DNA of 62,892 nt, filler included, from Choristocarpus tenellus KU-1152 (GCA_964200185.2; 9 parts of 9 records of this genome joined end to end with filler, not necessarily neighbours in it), one strand, 5' to 3'; shown: positions 37,932 through 51,996, numbered from the whole stretch's first letter. Numbers and translations: made by a program. Notes: a model not told the origin generated them from the sequence alone.

Positions 37932-39470
37932 GAGACATTGGAGGACGTGGTCCTAGCCTTTTCAAGAGACCCCTGGGTGCTGAAGAACAGTGAGATTCAG
38001 GTGCATGCCCTCATCCCGATGCCTCCCACAGGGGGAGCCTCAGGGGTAGGTGGGGAGGAGATGGGGACAGAGTACTTCGGGGCATATTGTCCTCCCTGTG
38101 GCATTCAGGTGAAGTAAGTACATGCACTTTCATCATCCTTTCAACAAAGATGGTTTAATGTTGACTAATCGCATTCAAATACACCAAACAACACCATGCC
38201 CTGAAGTATGGGGTGTGCCCAGTGCTTTCACCAATGTCATCGAAATGCCCTGTCCTATGTAGGCTAGATGGTCATGGATCACAATGATACACATTCTATC
38301 CCACCCCCCTCTCCACCTCCCCCTACCTCACAAAATAGAGAGTAGGATAGATCTCGCCCTATTGGTCAGGTACTGGGAACAAGTTTTTATGGTCACCCAA
38401 AAGTATTGTAGATTTATCCTCATTGTGGATGGAATCCGTGGGATTTGGGGGTTGTCCCATTGGAAAATCGCCCCATTTCAATGATAACCTTCAGGAAATA
38501 TATTGGTGTTAGTCAGAAGGTACGGCAGTGTAAATGGAATTGTTGATAGTTGTGCCAATCAGTTACTTCCATGATTACACCGCCCACCCCACCAGTCAAA
38601 CTTCCCCACCTTTGCAAATGCTACTCCTGATCAATACCTCCTGGTCTCCTCCTATTGTCTGAGCTGTATCTATGGCACTCATATAATGATAATTTTTACC
38701 ATCATAGTGTCTGGCCTGCCACCTTATTTTTTCGTGGTGGCAATGATTGAAATTGGATTATTCTCTGGCGGGGCTTCCCCAGAGTACCCCTGATTCCAAG
38801 TTTGATGAGGATGCATATACCTTATACTCTGCACCTACATGTTACTTTCTGTAGCATTTGCTGCCCTGAAGAACCTGTTCTCCACCCCTTACATACATCT
38901 TGTAGATCTGCAAAGACGCACAGGATTCTATTGTGTGGATTATGCTGGGGTGTTATTGCACCATGCCATTGATAGATACAGGGCACTGGTTGTGGCAACC
39001 TCTTTTGTGAGGTCTATTTGTGTCCATCACCTGCTGGGTATGATACACCCAAGTTGATTCGAGTCTTGGTGGAACACCCAGAATCTCAAGGAAGTGCAAA
39101 ACTAGTGTGAATATCCCAAGATCTATCATAATCATGCTAGGATCCTCAATCCTCCAACTTAGTGTCTCATTTCTCTCCCATTTGCCTACTTCCACAAATT
39201 CATGCTCCATTTGTTGTCGTGAATGGATTCACCTGATCTACCCTCTGTGTTCCCTTACTCCTACCACCCTATTCTGACCTACATCGGGTTTTTTATTATC
39301 TGAAGCCTTTTCGAGGCATGGTCAATTATGCAGCTATGCTATGCTTTCTGTTTGAGCAGCGGGAGGCAGTATACTATGCCATGAGGGCCATGTTTGCACA
39401 ACATTGGTGCCATCTCAACACCATTTGCTCCAGGCGGGGAAGTCTTCTGTACCTCCTTAAGCTATTTGAG
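37932..39470 (+). CDS. TBC1D19: TBC1 domain family member 19-like protein, two internal exons
   Basis: AG/GT-bounded phase-0 exons 37932-38108 (ETLEDVVLAFSRDPWVL...YCPPCGIQ) and 39306-39470 (PFRGMVNYAAMLCFLFEQ...HWCHLNTICS...LLKLFE). They recall the TBC1D19 FSRD / PPNGVIPF / LCFLY / LFE motif series. Not shown in the ORF track; other exons not found. Confidence 0.75.
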
Positions 39471-41025
39471 GTGAGAGATTAAATACAAGAGACAAAATGT
39501 TCACAGTCAACAAGGTGTTATAATTCTGCTTTACAGGTATGCTGCTTTTACTGCAAGTGCAATTGTATTTTGCTGTATCTATGTACACTTAGCACTTCTT
39601 GGATATGTAAGCAGAGTCATGAATCGAACCCTTTTGTCACTTCTATGTCTCATTGGCTCAAAATGTGTTGATAAACTCAAATGTATCAGTGCGTTCACAT
39701 AGCACACACAGGGTCAAGAGGAACCCCCTAGGCTGGTGAGGGACCGAGTTATAGGTGGGAGTTTTTCTTTTGCTCTCGGTTGTCTGTTTGTTCCCACTAG
39801 GTTTTTTACTGTACACATGATCTTGTCATATATGAGACAGACTTCTATTCTAACACACAGTTTGCTCAAGGGTCGAAGGGTTGTGAAGACAACAGGAAAA
39901 TTTATGAGTGCAAAATTGTTTTGTTCCAATGATCATTTTCTTTATTTTGGGATACACATTGCTCCTGTGGCTGTACTGCAGTCTTAAGGTGGTAACTGTG
40001 TTTTTCCCATCCTAGGTAGCCTGTCACTCATCCACACTTAGCCAAGTATTGCGCTGGAAGACAAGGGGCGGCATGTTGTGGGGGGTGCAGCTTGTTTCGT
40101 GTAGCTGTGCAACCTTCCCAGGTGTAGAGAACATACACTGGTTGTGTAGCAGGCAGGGTCAAATCACGTCACACAATATACAAAATGATCAAGCGCAGAA
40201 AGCCTGGAACCCATTCCCACCACTATTTGAGCGACTTGTTGAAAATGCCACTGCCATCCACTATTGTATGTATGCCCTCTTACCCTTTTTTTTGGATGAC
40301 ACCAACCTAGATTGTGCCGCCTGCTGCACAAACTCCCTGATCATGACCCCGCCTCCCCACCAACAGCACCGGGATTGCCAACATACACTGCAAGCAAAGA
40401 TTCAGTTTTCAACCCTTTTGTCTGTTTGACTGGGGCTGTCACTCTGAGTCTGAACTTTGCCGAAGTTCCTGTTTTGTATACTTATGGAGCATATTACCAC
40501 ATTAGGTAGTTTCCCCATGATGTGAAGCTTGAAGTTTCACAAATTAGGGCCCTCGACCCATGAGATTTCATTGTTGGTCACTCCTGGATACATTTTTATC
40601 TCTTCTTCTGGGTGGTGAGCTCAACATCAGGCTCTTCATTTTCATCTTGTTTCCATTTTCCTTCTTTGTCTTCTTGTCGCCGTCCTCCTTGTGTGGGGAA
40701 GCATACCCAGTGGACGGATACACCTTGTGCTGATCTACTGTTGGTACTCATCCCTAAAGTCTCCAGGGGCGCCAGACATACTCATAGTCGTGGACATGCC
40801 ATTGTATCTCGAATTTTCGTGCCTACAGATTAGTCTAAAATGGAAAAATGACCGACTAATTGAATATTTCAATTATGATATTCTTATTGTTTTATCAAAT
40901 GAATCGGTGTGATTGAACAGCTTCTGGTTCGCTGCCCTGATATGGACAAAGTGTTTTTAAGCAGATCTGTATTGGGTCGTTCTATTTATCATTTTAATTA
41001 TGTTTTGTTTTGCTCGCGAATTCTG

Positions 41026-41050
41026 TATTATTATTATTATTATTATTATT
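41026..41050. repeat. (TAT)n microsatellite
   Basis: Direct reading. Confidence 0.9.
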
Positions 41051-43417
41051 TTATTCTATGTTTGCATTCCTCCCTATTCCCTTTCCTCCCCACATTCTAT
41101 CAACCCTTGTGACCAACCAGTGCGACCCCTTTCGCTACTGATTTCCGGTCACTACCACACCCTTCAACCTCACACCACTCAACACCACTCCACAATAATC
41201 CAAGAACACCCCTTCATCATCCCCTTAGTACCGTGCCTTTGAGCTAGAAGACATCTACCCCGCCCAAACTTGACCTCCCCTCCCACCCTGAGATCCAAGT
41301 CGGTTGTGAGAAAGCGAAAGGGCGGGTGGGCGAGAAAGCTTCTTCGGGGGTCCTCTTGATCTAGCCCTCCTCGTCTTGTCCCCCAGCCTCAGGTTTCCTC
41401 ATTTGATTCAATACTGTTCGTTCCTTCTCCCCTTGTGCCTCCGTCTGCCACCTATTTTCTTAACCACTCAATCTTAACTCTTCATTCCCTCCTTAATACT
41501 TATATTTTTTTTCTGTCCCCTTCCTTGCCCTGTGCCCCCAACCAACCAGAATTCTTCCGCCCACAAAACTCAGATTACTTCATAAACTTTCCCATTTATT
41601 TTCGCACACACGCTATTAATGCGCGCAGTTGGCTTTGGTAGACCAGAAGAGAACCAAATTGGATTGAGTAGACAGGAAAAAAAACAAAACAAATTCAACA
41701 TGATGGAAAATAATAAAAAAGCGGGGAGTATTCTACACCTTGCTTGGGAGGTTTTTAAACGTATGAGACATCAAAATTGGTCATACCCTATGTGGCCTTT
41801 CCTACGTCTTACTTTTACGTAGCTACGTAAAGATTTTTGATGTGCTGCCATAGGGACCCCCAAACAAGATCCGTCCCTGATCTGAGTAGTGACTATTGGG
41901 TATGTTTGTTCTCACACAAAGTATCACACGATGACGATCTGCGCGATCTCCTCACTTTTCCAATCCTTTCCCCAATACACATTTTTTTTTACCATTTTGC
42001 TAATATCTGCAAACACTTCGTGAGTTCCCATCCCATCAATTCCAGAATTGTTTGCATTTTTGGAGGTAGAAGGGAAGGGAGGGAGTGTCTGACTATAATT
42101 ACAGGCATCCATGGCTCCATATTATGGCTCTATATGTGGGGATAGCTACTTGTACGACATATTTGAGAAATAAATGCTGTGAAGTATTCTAATTTAGTCA
42201 CGGAACTGCTTGTTAGGGAGGAATGGAGACCGCTTGGTCGTTTTTTTACGGGGTTGTTACAAGCAAGAGAGTATAGGGAACCCTAAACGAAATTCATCTT
42301 GCTGTCGGGTGGGTGGGTGGGTATGGTTGTTTTAGTGCAGTGTATTGCACAACAGTGGTCTGCCGCCTGATCTCTTCACATTCCCACCATGGTACTCATC
42401 AGAGGTTTTGTCTCGATACACTTCATTATAGTTTAGTGGTGTTGTTTTTGTGCTACTAAGCGTATTCTAGGCTGATGGTCGTGTTGTGTTTTTAGTGTTC
42501 TTTTGTATGAGTCAATCTGTGTGTGGACTTGATGCATGTCCACGAAGGGCTGATTCATGCTTACAAGTTGTCAATTCGAATAGAAATGATGATGCCTGTA
42601 GATAAAGGGATTTTCACAAGACAAAATATCATCAGAATACTGTCAACATTTAGAAAATCATGATCACCAGCCCATCACCGTGTACGGAATCACAAGTTGA
42701 TGCACCCCCCCTATACCACAAAAAACATACACATCTAGCTGAGCACTTTCTTAGACCTACATTTCTTGACATATGTTCATCAGGTCATGCCATTGACCCT
42801 TTAGCAGCACTACAGTGGTCGATATTACATGTCACATCTCCAAGGTACGTTTTATGCACGAACTCGGGCTGAAACAGCTGTGTTAGGTGGAAAAAATGAG
42901 GAAAAGGCGAACATCTGCCAATAAACAGCTACAGTGTTCGAGCAGCACCACGAGAAAAGTCACAGGGGAGGATGTTCTGGGCTGTGCCTGGTGGAAAAGG
43001 GAGAATCTCCCAGCAGGAACATATCTCCAGATGCACCAGGAGGAGGGCACCAGTGGGGGGCTGTACCTGGGTAGAAGAGTTGTGGCAGGGGGTGGTCTGT
43101 GCTAATCTGTAAAAAATCGACGATCAGCCTAGTATTCAGTGTACATATATTTCTAACTGTACGGTGCACTTAGCTTTGACCTAATAATGGAGACATCACC
43201 GAACAGGACCCTGCAAGACAGCATCAAAACAGATCACTTTTTGGGGTAACCACCCTCTCAATTGTTTTACACAACATTATCGAACTCCAGGTACAAGATA
43301 AGGTTAAGGGTTAAAAGGAAAGGGGGAGGTGTCTGATAGTTACAAATATCCATCTCTTTGTGTGTAGCAATATGTAGTGCAGCGCCGAGTCCTGTTTTAA
43401 GATTTGCGGTAAACAGT

Positions 43418-43675
43418 GAGTCAAAGTAAGCGAGAGGGATCCAGAGTTGCATTTTAAGGATGCTGACAAATGTGTGCAAAATCCGATCTTTTTTACAAAT
43501 GGATAAAGGATATTTTTTATTTCTGTCCAAAAGTTAATAATAATAGAGAAATTAACGCTCTCAAGTCAAACTTAACACTTCATCCATACAGATATGGGTA
43601 AAATTCAAAAGATTGAAACAGTGACTTAAAACGCAAAACGATCAAAACCTGGGCACCTTTCATTTACTTTGACTC
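43418..43675. mobile_element. MITE family C
   Basis: GAGTCAAAGTAAGCG...TTACTTTGACTC; colinear with 26407-26666. Confidence 0.88.
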
Positions 43676-45401
43676 ATGTCGCCAACCAAAAAAAAGTGCT
43701 GGTACGCTTAGCTACTGTGGTTATTATTGATAGTATGAAGTAGGAGAAGAGGTGGAGGTAAATGAGTGCGATTACGAAAGGAACTAGTTAGCAGGAATGA
43801 AAACGTGGTTTCTAGATCACTTTGTTCATTTTTTTATTTTTTAGCCAAAAATTCATTTTGTATCACTTTTCACTTCATCACTGTTGAAGCCCCTTGCAAT
43901 ATACCAATGCTGCTTGGTTCAGTGGCTGGATCAGAATTTTGGCAATATAATTTTTGTCTTTGGAGGGGTCCTGGTGCATAATGGTGCCTAGAAGTTTAGA
44001 GGTCGATTTGGAGATTGACCGATTGGGTTGGGAATAATCCCGAGTTGATGGCGTCCAAATAAGCATTGGAATTCTTCCGTGTGGTAGCTGGAGCTGTGTG
44101 TGGCACCCCAATAGTTTCAGATTTACACAGTTCAAGTCTTTCATGATGTACAGCAAGTGGTTCGTAGAGGGATGTCAAAACAATTATTGGGGTTCTGAGG
44201 ACTTTGCAACAGGCTGGATCAAGGGGAAGCTCAAACTTGGAAAGAACATGAACAGGGAGTAGAATTGCAGGGAAGGGGAAAATCACAAAGGGCCAAGTTG
44301 CTCTCTTACTTAATGGAGGTGCCAAATGTGGCTCGGTGAAGAAGTTGAAGCTAAGCAACCGAGGAGGATGAAGAGAGCAGACTGAGGGAGGAGAACCTCA
44401 CTCATTGCTCACTCTGGAACTACTGAGGATGACATCCTCTTCTGGAGTGCTAGAAATCGAGGACTATGTGTAGAAGAAATGATGAAGATCAGAAGGAGGA
44501 ATGAAGAGGTGGATGGAGATGAGCATGGCATCCCGCGAAGAGATACAAAAGAAACAATGAGCCAGTGTGGTAAGCACAAAAAATGATTCAATGCTTCAAT
44601 TCTTTGTTGACTCAAACATCAATGAAAAACAAGGCATGAAAGGCAAGCTCAATATCGTGACATGCAGAGATACATAATGCATTGTTTAGTATCTCCCATG
44701 ACCAGAATGTACCGGGTGTGTGTGGTCTTTGCCTTTTCTTCATGCCTTGTGTGCCAAATCCTTTCAATCACTTAATAATGACTAATGCTGTATTTGTCAA
44801 ATCCTTTATCACTTCCAACGCCACCAATTATCTGTACCATGACCCACACACTAACCATCTTTAAATATCACTCTACACCATATTCTACCCCATTCCAAAC
44901 AGTGCCAAAATCCCTACAATAATAGCTTCAAATAAATTATACGTACTTACTACCTGTCGAAATCCATTATTTTCTATTCATACCGCCAAATTCCCTTGCC
45001 CTGCAGTTTCACCTCATACATATTTTAATCTCATTTGGGGCAGACTTCCAAATCCAATGGTGATTTAGGAGATGGTAACAAAATAGTGTCTTCAACGTGG
45101 TACCATTTATTTTCTATAATATACTCAATACTATAACCCAACCAATCCTGTACAGTGTTTGATTAACATAGACTAGGCATCATGTAAGCGTCAGTCCAAC
45201 TCACTCTTCGGCTAACAGGCCTTGTAGAGCTTCGTGTCTTCTGGCATCCCACCTTTCGGTTAATTGAGAACAATTGACGGGTGATTAGAGAAGGTTTTGA
45301 TAGAGCGACAAGTAATGGAACAGGTATTCTAGAGCGCCCAGAGTAGGTGGTACATCATTATACAAACCAACTTCACATCACAAGTTGTCGTAGGAGAAGG
45401 C

Positions 45402-47096
45402 ATGTCGGGCATCTACGACTTTGACACGCTGTTGGTGTCAACTCCAGGACCACCTGGAGCCCCTGGCGTTCTTCACGTCCAACTTAACCGTCCAAATAAG
45501 CGCAATGCCATGAACGCAAAGTTCTGGACAGAATTTCGGGAGTGCTTTATGCGTGTTGCAGAGGACGCCGATGTCAGAGCAGTGGTTGTCAGCGGCGTAG
45601 GTGCACGATTTTAGTATCTGTTGACGCTGAGTGCTGGTTTTCAACTAATAGCTTGTGATTGCGGTTCTTCTTAGGCCCCTCCAAGTCAATTACCCCGCTT
45701 TTGTATCTGAGATGTGAGACGTGTAAATGGTTCATCCTACAGGAAATCACTTGTCAGCAGGGTTGGACCTGACAGACTCCTCTTCGATGAAGGAAATCAT
45801 GGCAACCAAAGATGTGGCTCGACGAGCATTCCGTTTGAGAAAGCTGGCCCTATCCATGCAGGTGACACTGGCACGAAAGGTTCTGTGCAAACATCATTAT
45901 GAAGTCCTGATAGACATACATCATGGACATACACATTTCTTCCTACCTACCAAAGAAGATCAACACATACTGAGGAAGACACGCCGCAATTTCAGGAATC
46001 ATTCACTGCTGTTGAGCGCTGCCCACAGCCTGTGGTTGCCGCAGTCAGTGGATCCTGCATAGGGGCAGGCGTTGATCTGATTTGCGCCTGCGACATTAGA
46101 TTGTGCGCCAAAGATGCTATCTTTTCCATTGCAGAGGTGAAAGTTGGGCTTGCGGCAGATGTGGGGACCCTGCAGCGCATGCCTAAGGTAATTTTGACAA
46201 AGCTGGCCAACTTGCAATAGAATCTACTCCAAAAACATGCATCAGCCTTAATGAGAAGCCTTGTATTGGTATGCAAATATTTGCTCGAATGTAAGAGTAA
46301 ATTGCATGTGTGGTTTTGGGTGTGTATGAGTGTTTGTATGATTCAAATGTCATGCATCTCCACCCTCCGTCACTCTGCCAATGCTTGATAAACAAGGGCA
46401 TCTGTACAAGTGAAACATCAAATATAGGGCACAATAATAGTGATCCATACTGTACAGAAGTTCAAGTCATTGCATCCTTGACAAGTCCCTCTGCTGGGAT
46501 GTGGGACTGCCATGTGTTCTCAATGGGGATCCATCGTTCCTTCCTTGTTCCATCGATGTGCTCCATTCCCATCATGTAGGAGTGTCGGGACACAAGTGTT
46601 GACTGTTTTTGGGTTACCACAGCTATAAGCGACTGCAAATACTGTTGTCCTTGATACTTGCTATAGCACACATGCTTAATCCAAGGTGGATGTTATCAGA
46701 GACCCTTTCCCTCCCACTCCCGTGCACCACTTCACCGACCAGATCATTGGCAACAGCTCTCTCTTCAGGGAGTTGGCATACACTGGAAGGACATTTGGAG
46801 CAGAGGAGGCTGAAAAAATGGGTCTGGTATCTCATGTGTGTGACAACAATACCAATGGTGTGGTAGGGGCAGCATTGGATATTGCTGCTGAAATTGCGCA
46901 GCAAAGCCCTGTGGCTGTGTTCGGGACCAAGCGTAATATCACTTTTAGCCTTGATCATGGGGTTGCAAGTGGACTAGAGTATGCTGCGTCATGGAGTGGG
47001 GCTGCCCTCCAAACCAAGGATATCGAGCTGTTGTGGAAGAATAAACTCTCGCCTAAAGAGGGGAAGGGTGAACCTCCAAGGTTCTCCAAGTTGTAG
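45402..47096 (+). CDS. ECH1: Peroxisomal delta3,5-delta2,4-dienoyl-CoA isomerase (crotonase superfamily), 4 exons, 287 aa
   Basis: Exons 45402-45600, 45743-45861, 45996-46187, 46743-47096 splice in frame. Motifs LNRPNKRNAMN, SAGLDL, CIGAGVDLICACDIR, EVKVGLAADVGTLQRMPK; C-terminal SKL (PTS1). Confidence 0.95.
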
Positions 47097-48631
47097 ATAC
47101 AAGCAAGAGGAAGCAGCTGTATCCCAATTGACAATCTTTGTTTTTTGCTTGCAGAGCAGAATACTCATGGACTTTTACTTTGGAGGGGAACGCCTTTTAT
47201 CACTGTTTCATTGAACCCTGTTGGTCTTGTATCCACAAGATCCATTGTTCTTGCCCCTATATAATCCTGGGACCTGGTCAAGGTGGGACCTAAGGTGCAC
47301 CTTGCCATAGGACAGATACGAAGGGGTGCAAAAGGTTGTTGATGTGAGACTCCTGGATGAATGCACTTCTTTATGCTGTTCGGGATATTATCCCCAAGGT
47401 TAAGGAAGGGGTTGAGGTCATTTCACATGTATGGTGTAGTGAAGATGCATTGTTGGGGATCATGACTCAGGGATCATTCTAGAGTCTCGCACTAGGTATG
47501 CTCATGTAGGAAAACCTACTCTTTTTGCCCAAAAGGATAAATCTGGACACATGCAGGTGTTGTGGTTGTCATCTCAGATACAAACCCATGACACTGTTAT
47601 TTGTATAGGAGGAACACCAAAACCACACACCATTGCCCCTTGAGAAGACCCTGACATGCTTAGCCATCATTGCTTCCTGTAGGTGGCTCCATTGTCCGAG
47701 GTTCAATTTGAACTTGTCATTTGCCTTCAGTTAATGGCAACATCAACTTTCTCACCTCATTAGCCCACAAGAGTTGAGCAAAGATGGACTAGTTCGATTC
47801 TATAGGTAGGGAATTCCTCAAACTAGTCAACCTGTGACTCGAGCCAAGACCTACACTAGTACCTTGCCAAACGGTATCATGCCTGTGACCGTGGGCCCTG
47901 CAACTATCCATCCTGTCACTTCATTGATCACAGTGCATACCCATGACTTTTTTGGTCCTGGGAAAGACTGGGTGCATCTTTCTACGATATCATACATCAA
48001 GCATCTTCAAATTCTCGAAAGGGAGTCAACTCTGACAGGTTGAAGTCACTCTGTTCAATAGCAGTCATATCATGCTAGGGCTTTACATTGCAGCAGCCTT
48101 CAGATGGTTTCACAGAAAGCCAGTGGCGTAACTACCGTATCTACAGCAACCTCAATTGGGTAGCCTTAGTCTAAACAAGTTGAGTGGTCGATGCCCTCTT
48201 TGTAAGCATCACATGCTTTACTAAGCCAAGGAGAGGCCTACTCTACATGAACTGCTTAAAACAAGGAAGACCTTACAGCCGCCTGCAACAACCCCATACT
48301 AGTGTAGCAGCATGACACCTCCAACACAATGAGCACGACATACCCACAACAGCCTTTCTATACATATTACTCCCCCCCCCCTACTTGATGGTTATGGGTG
48401 TATCAGGTAANNNNNNNNNNNNNNNNNNNNNNNNNNNNNNNNNNNNNNNNNNNNTTAATTAATTAANNNNNNNNNNNNNNNNNNNNNNNNNNNNNNNNNN
48501 NNNNNNNNNNACGTCGGATGGATACTGTAAATGCACTTTTTCTTTTTTTGGCCCAAATGGACACCCTGGTGTAGCCCCCCCCCCCCCTCCCAGATACTTT
48601 GGGTCACCATGCGACTGTGAGCCTCCCATCT

Positions 48632-48815
48632 GGCTCAAAGTATCTTGGGGAGGGGGGCGGGGTCTACACCAGGGTGTCCATTCGGCCCCTGAATAGGAGA
48701 AGTACGCTTACATTTTCTATCCAACGAATGCAACCAAATTCGCCAAAAAATCACGACATGGAAAAATGGATCTTGAATGGACAACCGTCACCCCCCCCCC
48801 CAGATACTTTGCGCG
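48632..48815. mobile_element. MITE family B, full copy next to a partial copy at 48511-48605
   Basis: GGCTCAAAGTATCTTGGGG...CCCCCCAGATACTTTG. Confidence 0.85.
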
Positions 48816-48849
48816 TCTCCTTCCTTTCCTGACCCCTATCCTCATCAAG

Positions 48850-50300
48850 ACCTTATTTCTTTCACAAATAGAGCTCTACAGAGTATATCTGCATAATGCT
48901 AATGTGGGCAATCGTACCACTACCCTCCCAGTGCTCACATCTGCAGAGATAGTCAAACTTAACTGTGAAGTACTGAAAAAGTATGTGTTGATAGATGAGA
49001 GGCGAAAGCAACTTGTGAACTTTATACTAGTCAAGGATCTTAATGAACTGAGATACCCAGGGACTGGAATGCCTCTGTTGCCCTTGACAAAGTGGAAATC
49101 CAAGCTAAGCTGCTAGAGGTGGAGAGGAAAGGTGGATCAGGAGGCAACCGGGAGGATACAGCATACTGCATGCAAGGGAGATAGACTTAGTGACGCCACA
49201 AAAGCTGTTGGCAGTAGAGGGCAACCAAGCTCTGTCCCTCAGATGCACTAACAACCAGTCGATATGGTCAAACACAAGACTCCTGGCCACCTTCAGAACT
49301 ACTAGTCCGAGAGAAGGTCAACGTGAAGTGAATCATGGATAGTTTCAGGAAGCTTCATCATAGCCAGCAATTATGAGCCCAGGCCTTTGAAATTTCACCT
49401 CAGCCTTTAGCCGTCAATACCAGCCTTGTGCGATATTGATACAAGATGGGACTGTCCAATTCCCCCCTAGGAGGACGTAGTCATACATGCGACGCCCACT
49501 ATTGCCACACCAGTGATTCAGCACGTTCAGGGGGATGATAAATTCGACCCTGCAACCTGAATAGTCACAAGGGACAAGACACCAGCAGCAATAGAAAGGG
49601 AAGAGGAGGGGACAGGGCTGATCCGGGATGGTGATAGCACGATCTGCATCACCAGTGGCAAGGATGGAAGAAGCAGGACTTAACCCAGTACATGTGTTGC
49701 TTGTGCAGGCCAAAAGCACTTTGCATACTGTTTTGCCTCAATTAATTTTTTTGGGAACCGTATCCAGAGCAGAAGCAGCTCTGCACAATTATTTCTTGGT
49801 CACTACACAAACCTGCGGCAAAGATTTCCAGGGCAAGACCAACTTGCCAAAGGTGTGAACATGTAAGGTACAAACCACTATCACTCTGGAGGAAATCATC
49901 GAGGTAGAGATGCTCTGGGTCGCACATGAAGATGATCTGTACCTAAAGAGGATTGGCAGGTCTCTAATTACCCAACCTGGCTGTGCAACCACTTTGTTCC
50001 CATGTGCACATGTACACAAGGCATGGCTGTAATTTGGGCATCTGTGTGCACCCAGTCCAACAATCGATCATACAAATCGCCATGTACATAATTAAGCTTC
50101 TCAAACGAACACTGTCTCTTCTCTGCAATCAAGTCCATGCCCATTTGCCCTTGATTTTTTCGCACTGCTTTCCTACACGACCTTCACTGTGTTTAGCTAT
50201 GCCTCTCCTTCCACAAATCCTACCAACAACAACAATGGGGATGAAAAGGAGCAAGAAAAGATCTCGTCTTTGCAGATTTCCTCTTTAGAAATTGGGAATC
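48850..50300 (-). pseudogene. Decayed LINE reverse transcriptase
   Basis: Minus-strand fragments in RT order: LKVARSLVFDHIDW (~D..KAFD.V.W), RGIPVPGYLS (~GVPQG.PLSP), HYADIL (~YADD). Confidence 0.55.
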
Positions 50301-50376
50301 GCGAATCATGAACTCCACAGCTCAGCACGTAAGTGTACCAATCACTATTGATATAATAGTACAAATATTATCAATA

Positions 50377-50635
50377 GAATCAAGGTATCTTAGAGGGTAG
50401 AGCCGCGTCCATTTGGCGACCAAAATCCAATGTTACAATTTTGATGTAATTTTGACTATCGTGTTCGTTAGGAGATGTCAATATCCTTGTTCTGGACACT
50501 TCTTTTCATAACGTACACATTTTACCTACTCCGAAAAATTTTGGAGCAGGTAAAATGTCGTCAAAAACCCGTTGGAAGCAAAGCCCCAAATGGACAAACA
50601 GGGCGAAATTCGTACCCTCTAAGATACTTTCACTC
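50377..50635. mobile_element. MITE family A with 4-bp TSD
   Basis: GAATCAAGGTATCTTAGAGGGTAG...TACCCTCTAAGATACTTTCACTC; flanked by AATA on both sides. Confidence 0.92.
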
Positions 50636-50971
50636 AATAGGATCAGCAGATAAAAATATCATACGATCCCTGGTGCTCTATTATAGTTTTTTCTTTTTGC
50701 ATCACCAGCACACCAGGATGGAATTGCTTCTCCCCTTGCATTGAGCTTCCTCAGTGATGCACTGGTTGAAGCAAGCTAGTCACCTAACCCACGCATCACT
50801 AGGACCAGCAGGTCCCTTCCTCCCTTATCAAACCATTGCCTCTAACCCCTTGTTCTGTTTCCACAGTCAATTGTTACTCTACGCGCGAAACAAACACACC
50901 TCTTGAAGAGGTTCCTGTGTCATAGGGGTTATGGCACACCCTCCCTTGCTTGGTCACTGAGACGCTACTTG

Positions 50972-51790
50972 TATTATACATTATTATGACCTCTGGCATT
51001 TTGCAGATGTGCCAGGGGGAAAACTAATGAAAATTATTAACAGGTCTGAAAAATGCCTAAAGAACTAACAGTTGTCACAAAAGTGAAAAACGTGAATCTA
51101 TTTCCTATTTTACTACTACATATCTATGTTGTACTACTGCCTTCCTGTGTCTCAAACCTATTACTGTATCCCAGGGCGAGGAGCTAGGGAAGCATCCCAT
51201 GAATCTAATAAACCCCTCCTTGCCCAACTCCATGGTGACTCCATTTAAAACGCATGACCCGTCTAGCTAGGGCTACTTGCGTTGTGACTGAGACTATCTG
51301 GCTTAGGCGGGATTTGACGGCACCTTCCTGCTGTAGCCCCCAATTCCTCTCCCCCCTACTGCTTGTGTAGCTAGCCCATCCAGGAAACGTTCTGCTTGCT
51401 TGCCGAGATGCCCAAAACTTTCCACCACGAGGGTGTTGAGGATATAATTACGAGGGTCAAAAGAGCCCTCGTAGTGGGTGTACTTTCATGCCTCAGCTGC
51501 AGCAGCAGCAGCACCATTGCTGGTGGATGAGTATGGGAGGGGAGAGGTTGCTTGTACTTCCGCGAACATAACATCAAGTAGAAGGACCTTGTCCCGGTAG
51601 GGGGCTGATCCCGCGTCTGCAAGGGTCCCTGCATGGAAGACTAGATCCATGCAGAAATTCCTGTCGACTGTGAAGGGGTTACCATCCTCCGTAGTGCAAG
51701 GGAAGCCAATCCCCTTGCATAATTAGCTGAGGCGTTTCACCATAGAGGGTGTGTTGTTGCACCTGGCCTCCTGCCCTGGGGAGGGTGTAG
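50972..51790 (-). mobile_element. 5'-truncated CRE/R2-group non-LTR retrotransposon (restriction-like endonuclease domain plus 3' UTR)
   Basis: Minus frame reads GNPFTVDRNFCMDLV...VLLLDVMF...EA*KYTHY...LVVESFGHLG...SVTTQVALARRVMRFK, the RLE PD..D..K..Y..ESFG pattern. 3' tail ATAATAAT; premature stop present. Confidence 0.8.
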
Positions 51791-51996
51791 GCATGTCTGG
51801 TATCGACACAAACCACTGAACAGACCAACAACAAAAAATAGGGACTAACCTGTATCTTTTTTGAGTAATACGTACGTACAAGTCTCAGTCTGTGTTACAT
51901 GTTTTCAGCATTGAGTGACAAGAAACTCTTCATGCAGGGTTTGCCCATGACGATATAACTCTTGTGGGAGTGTTCAGTGACAAAAAAATCACCCTA

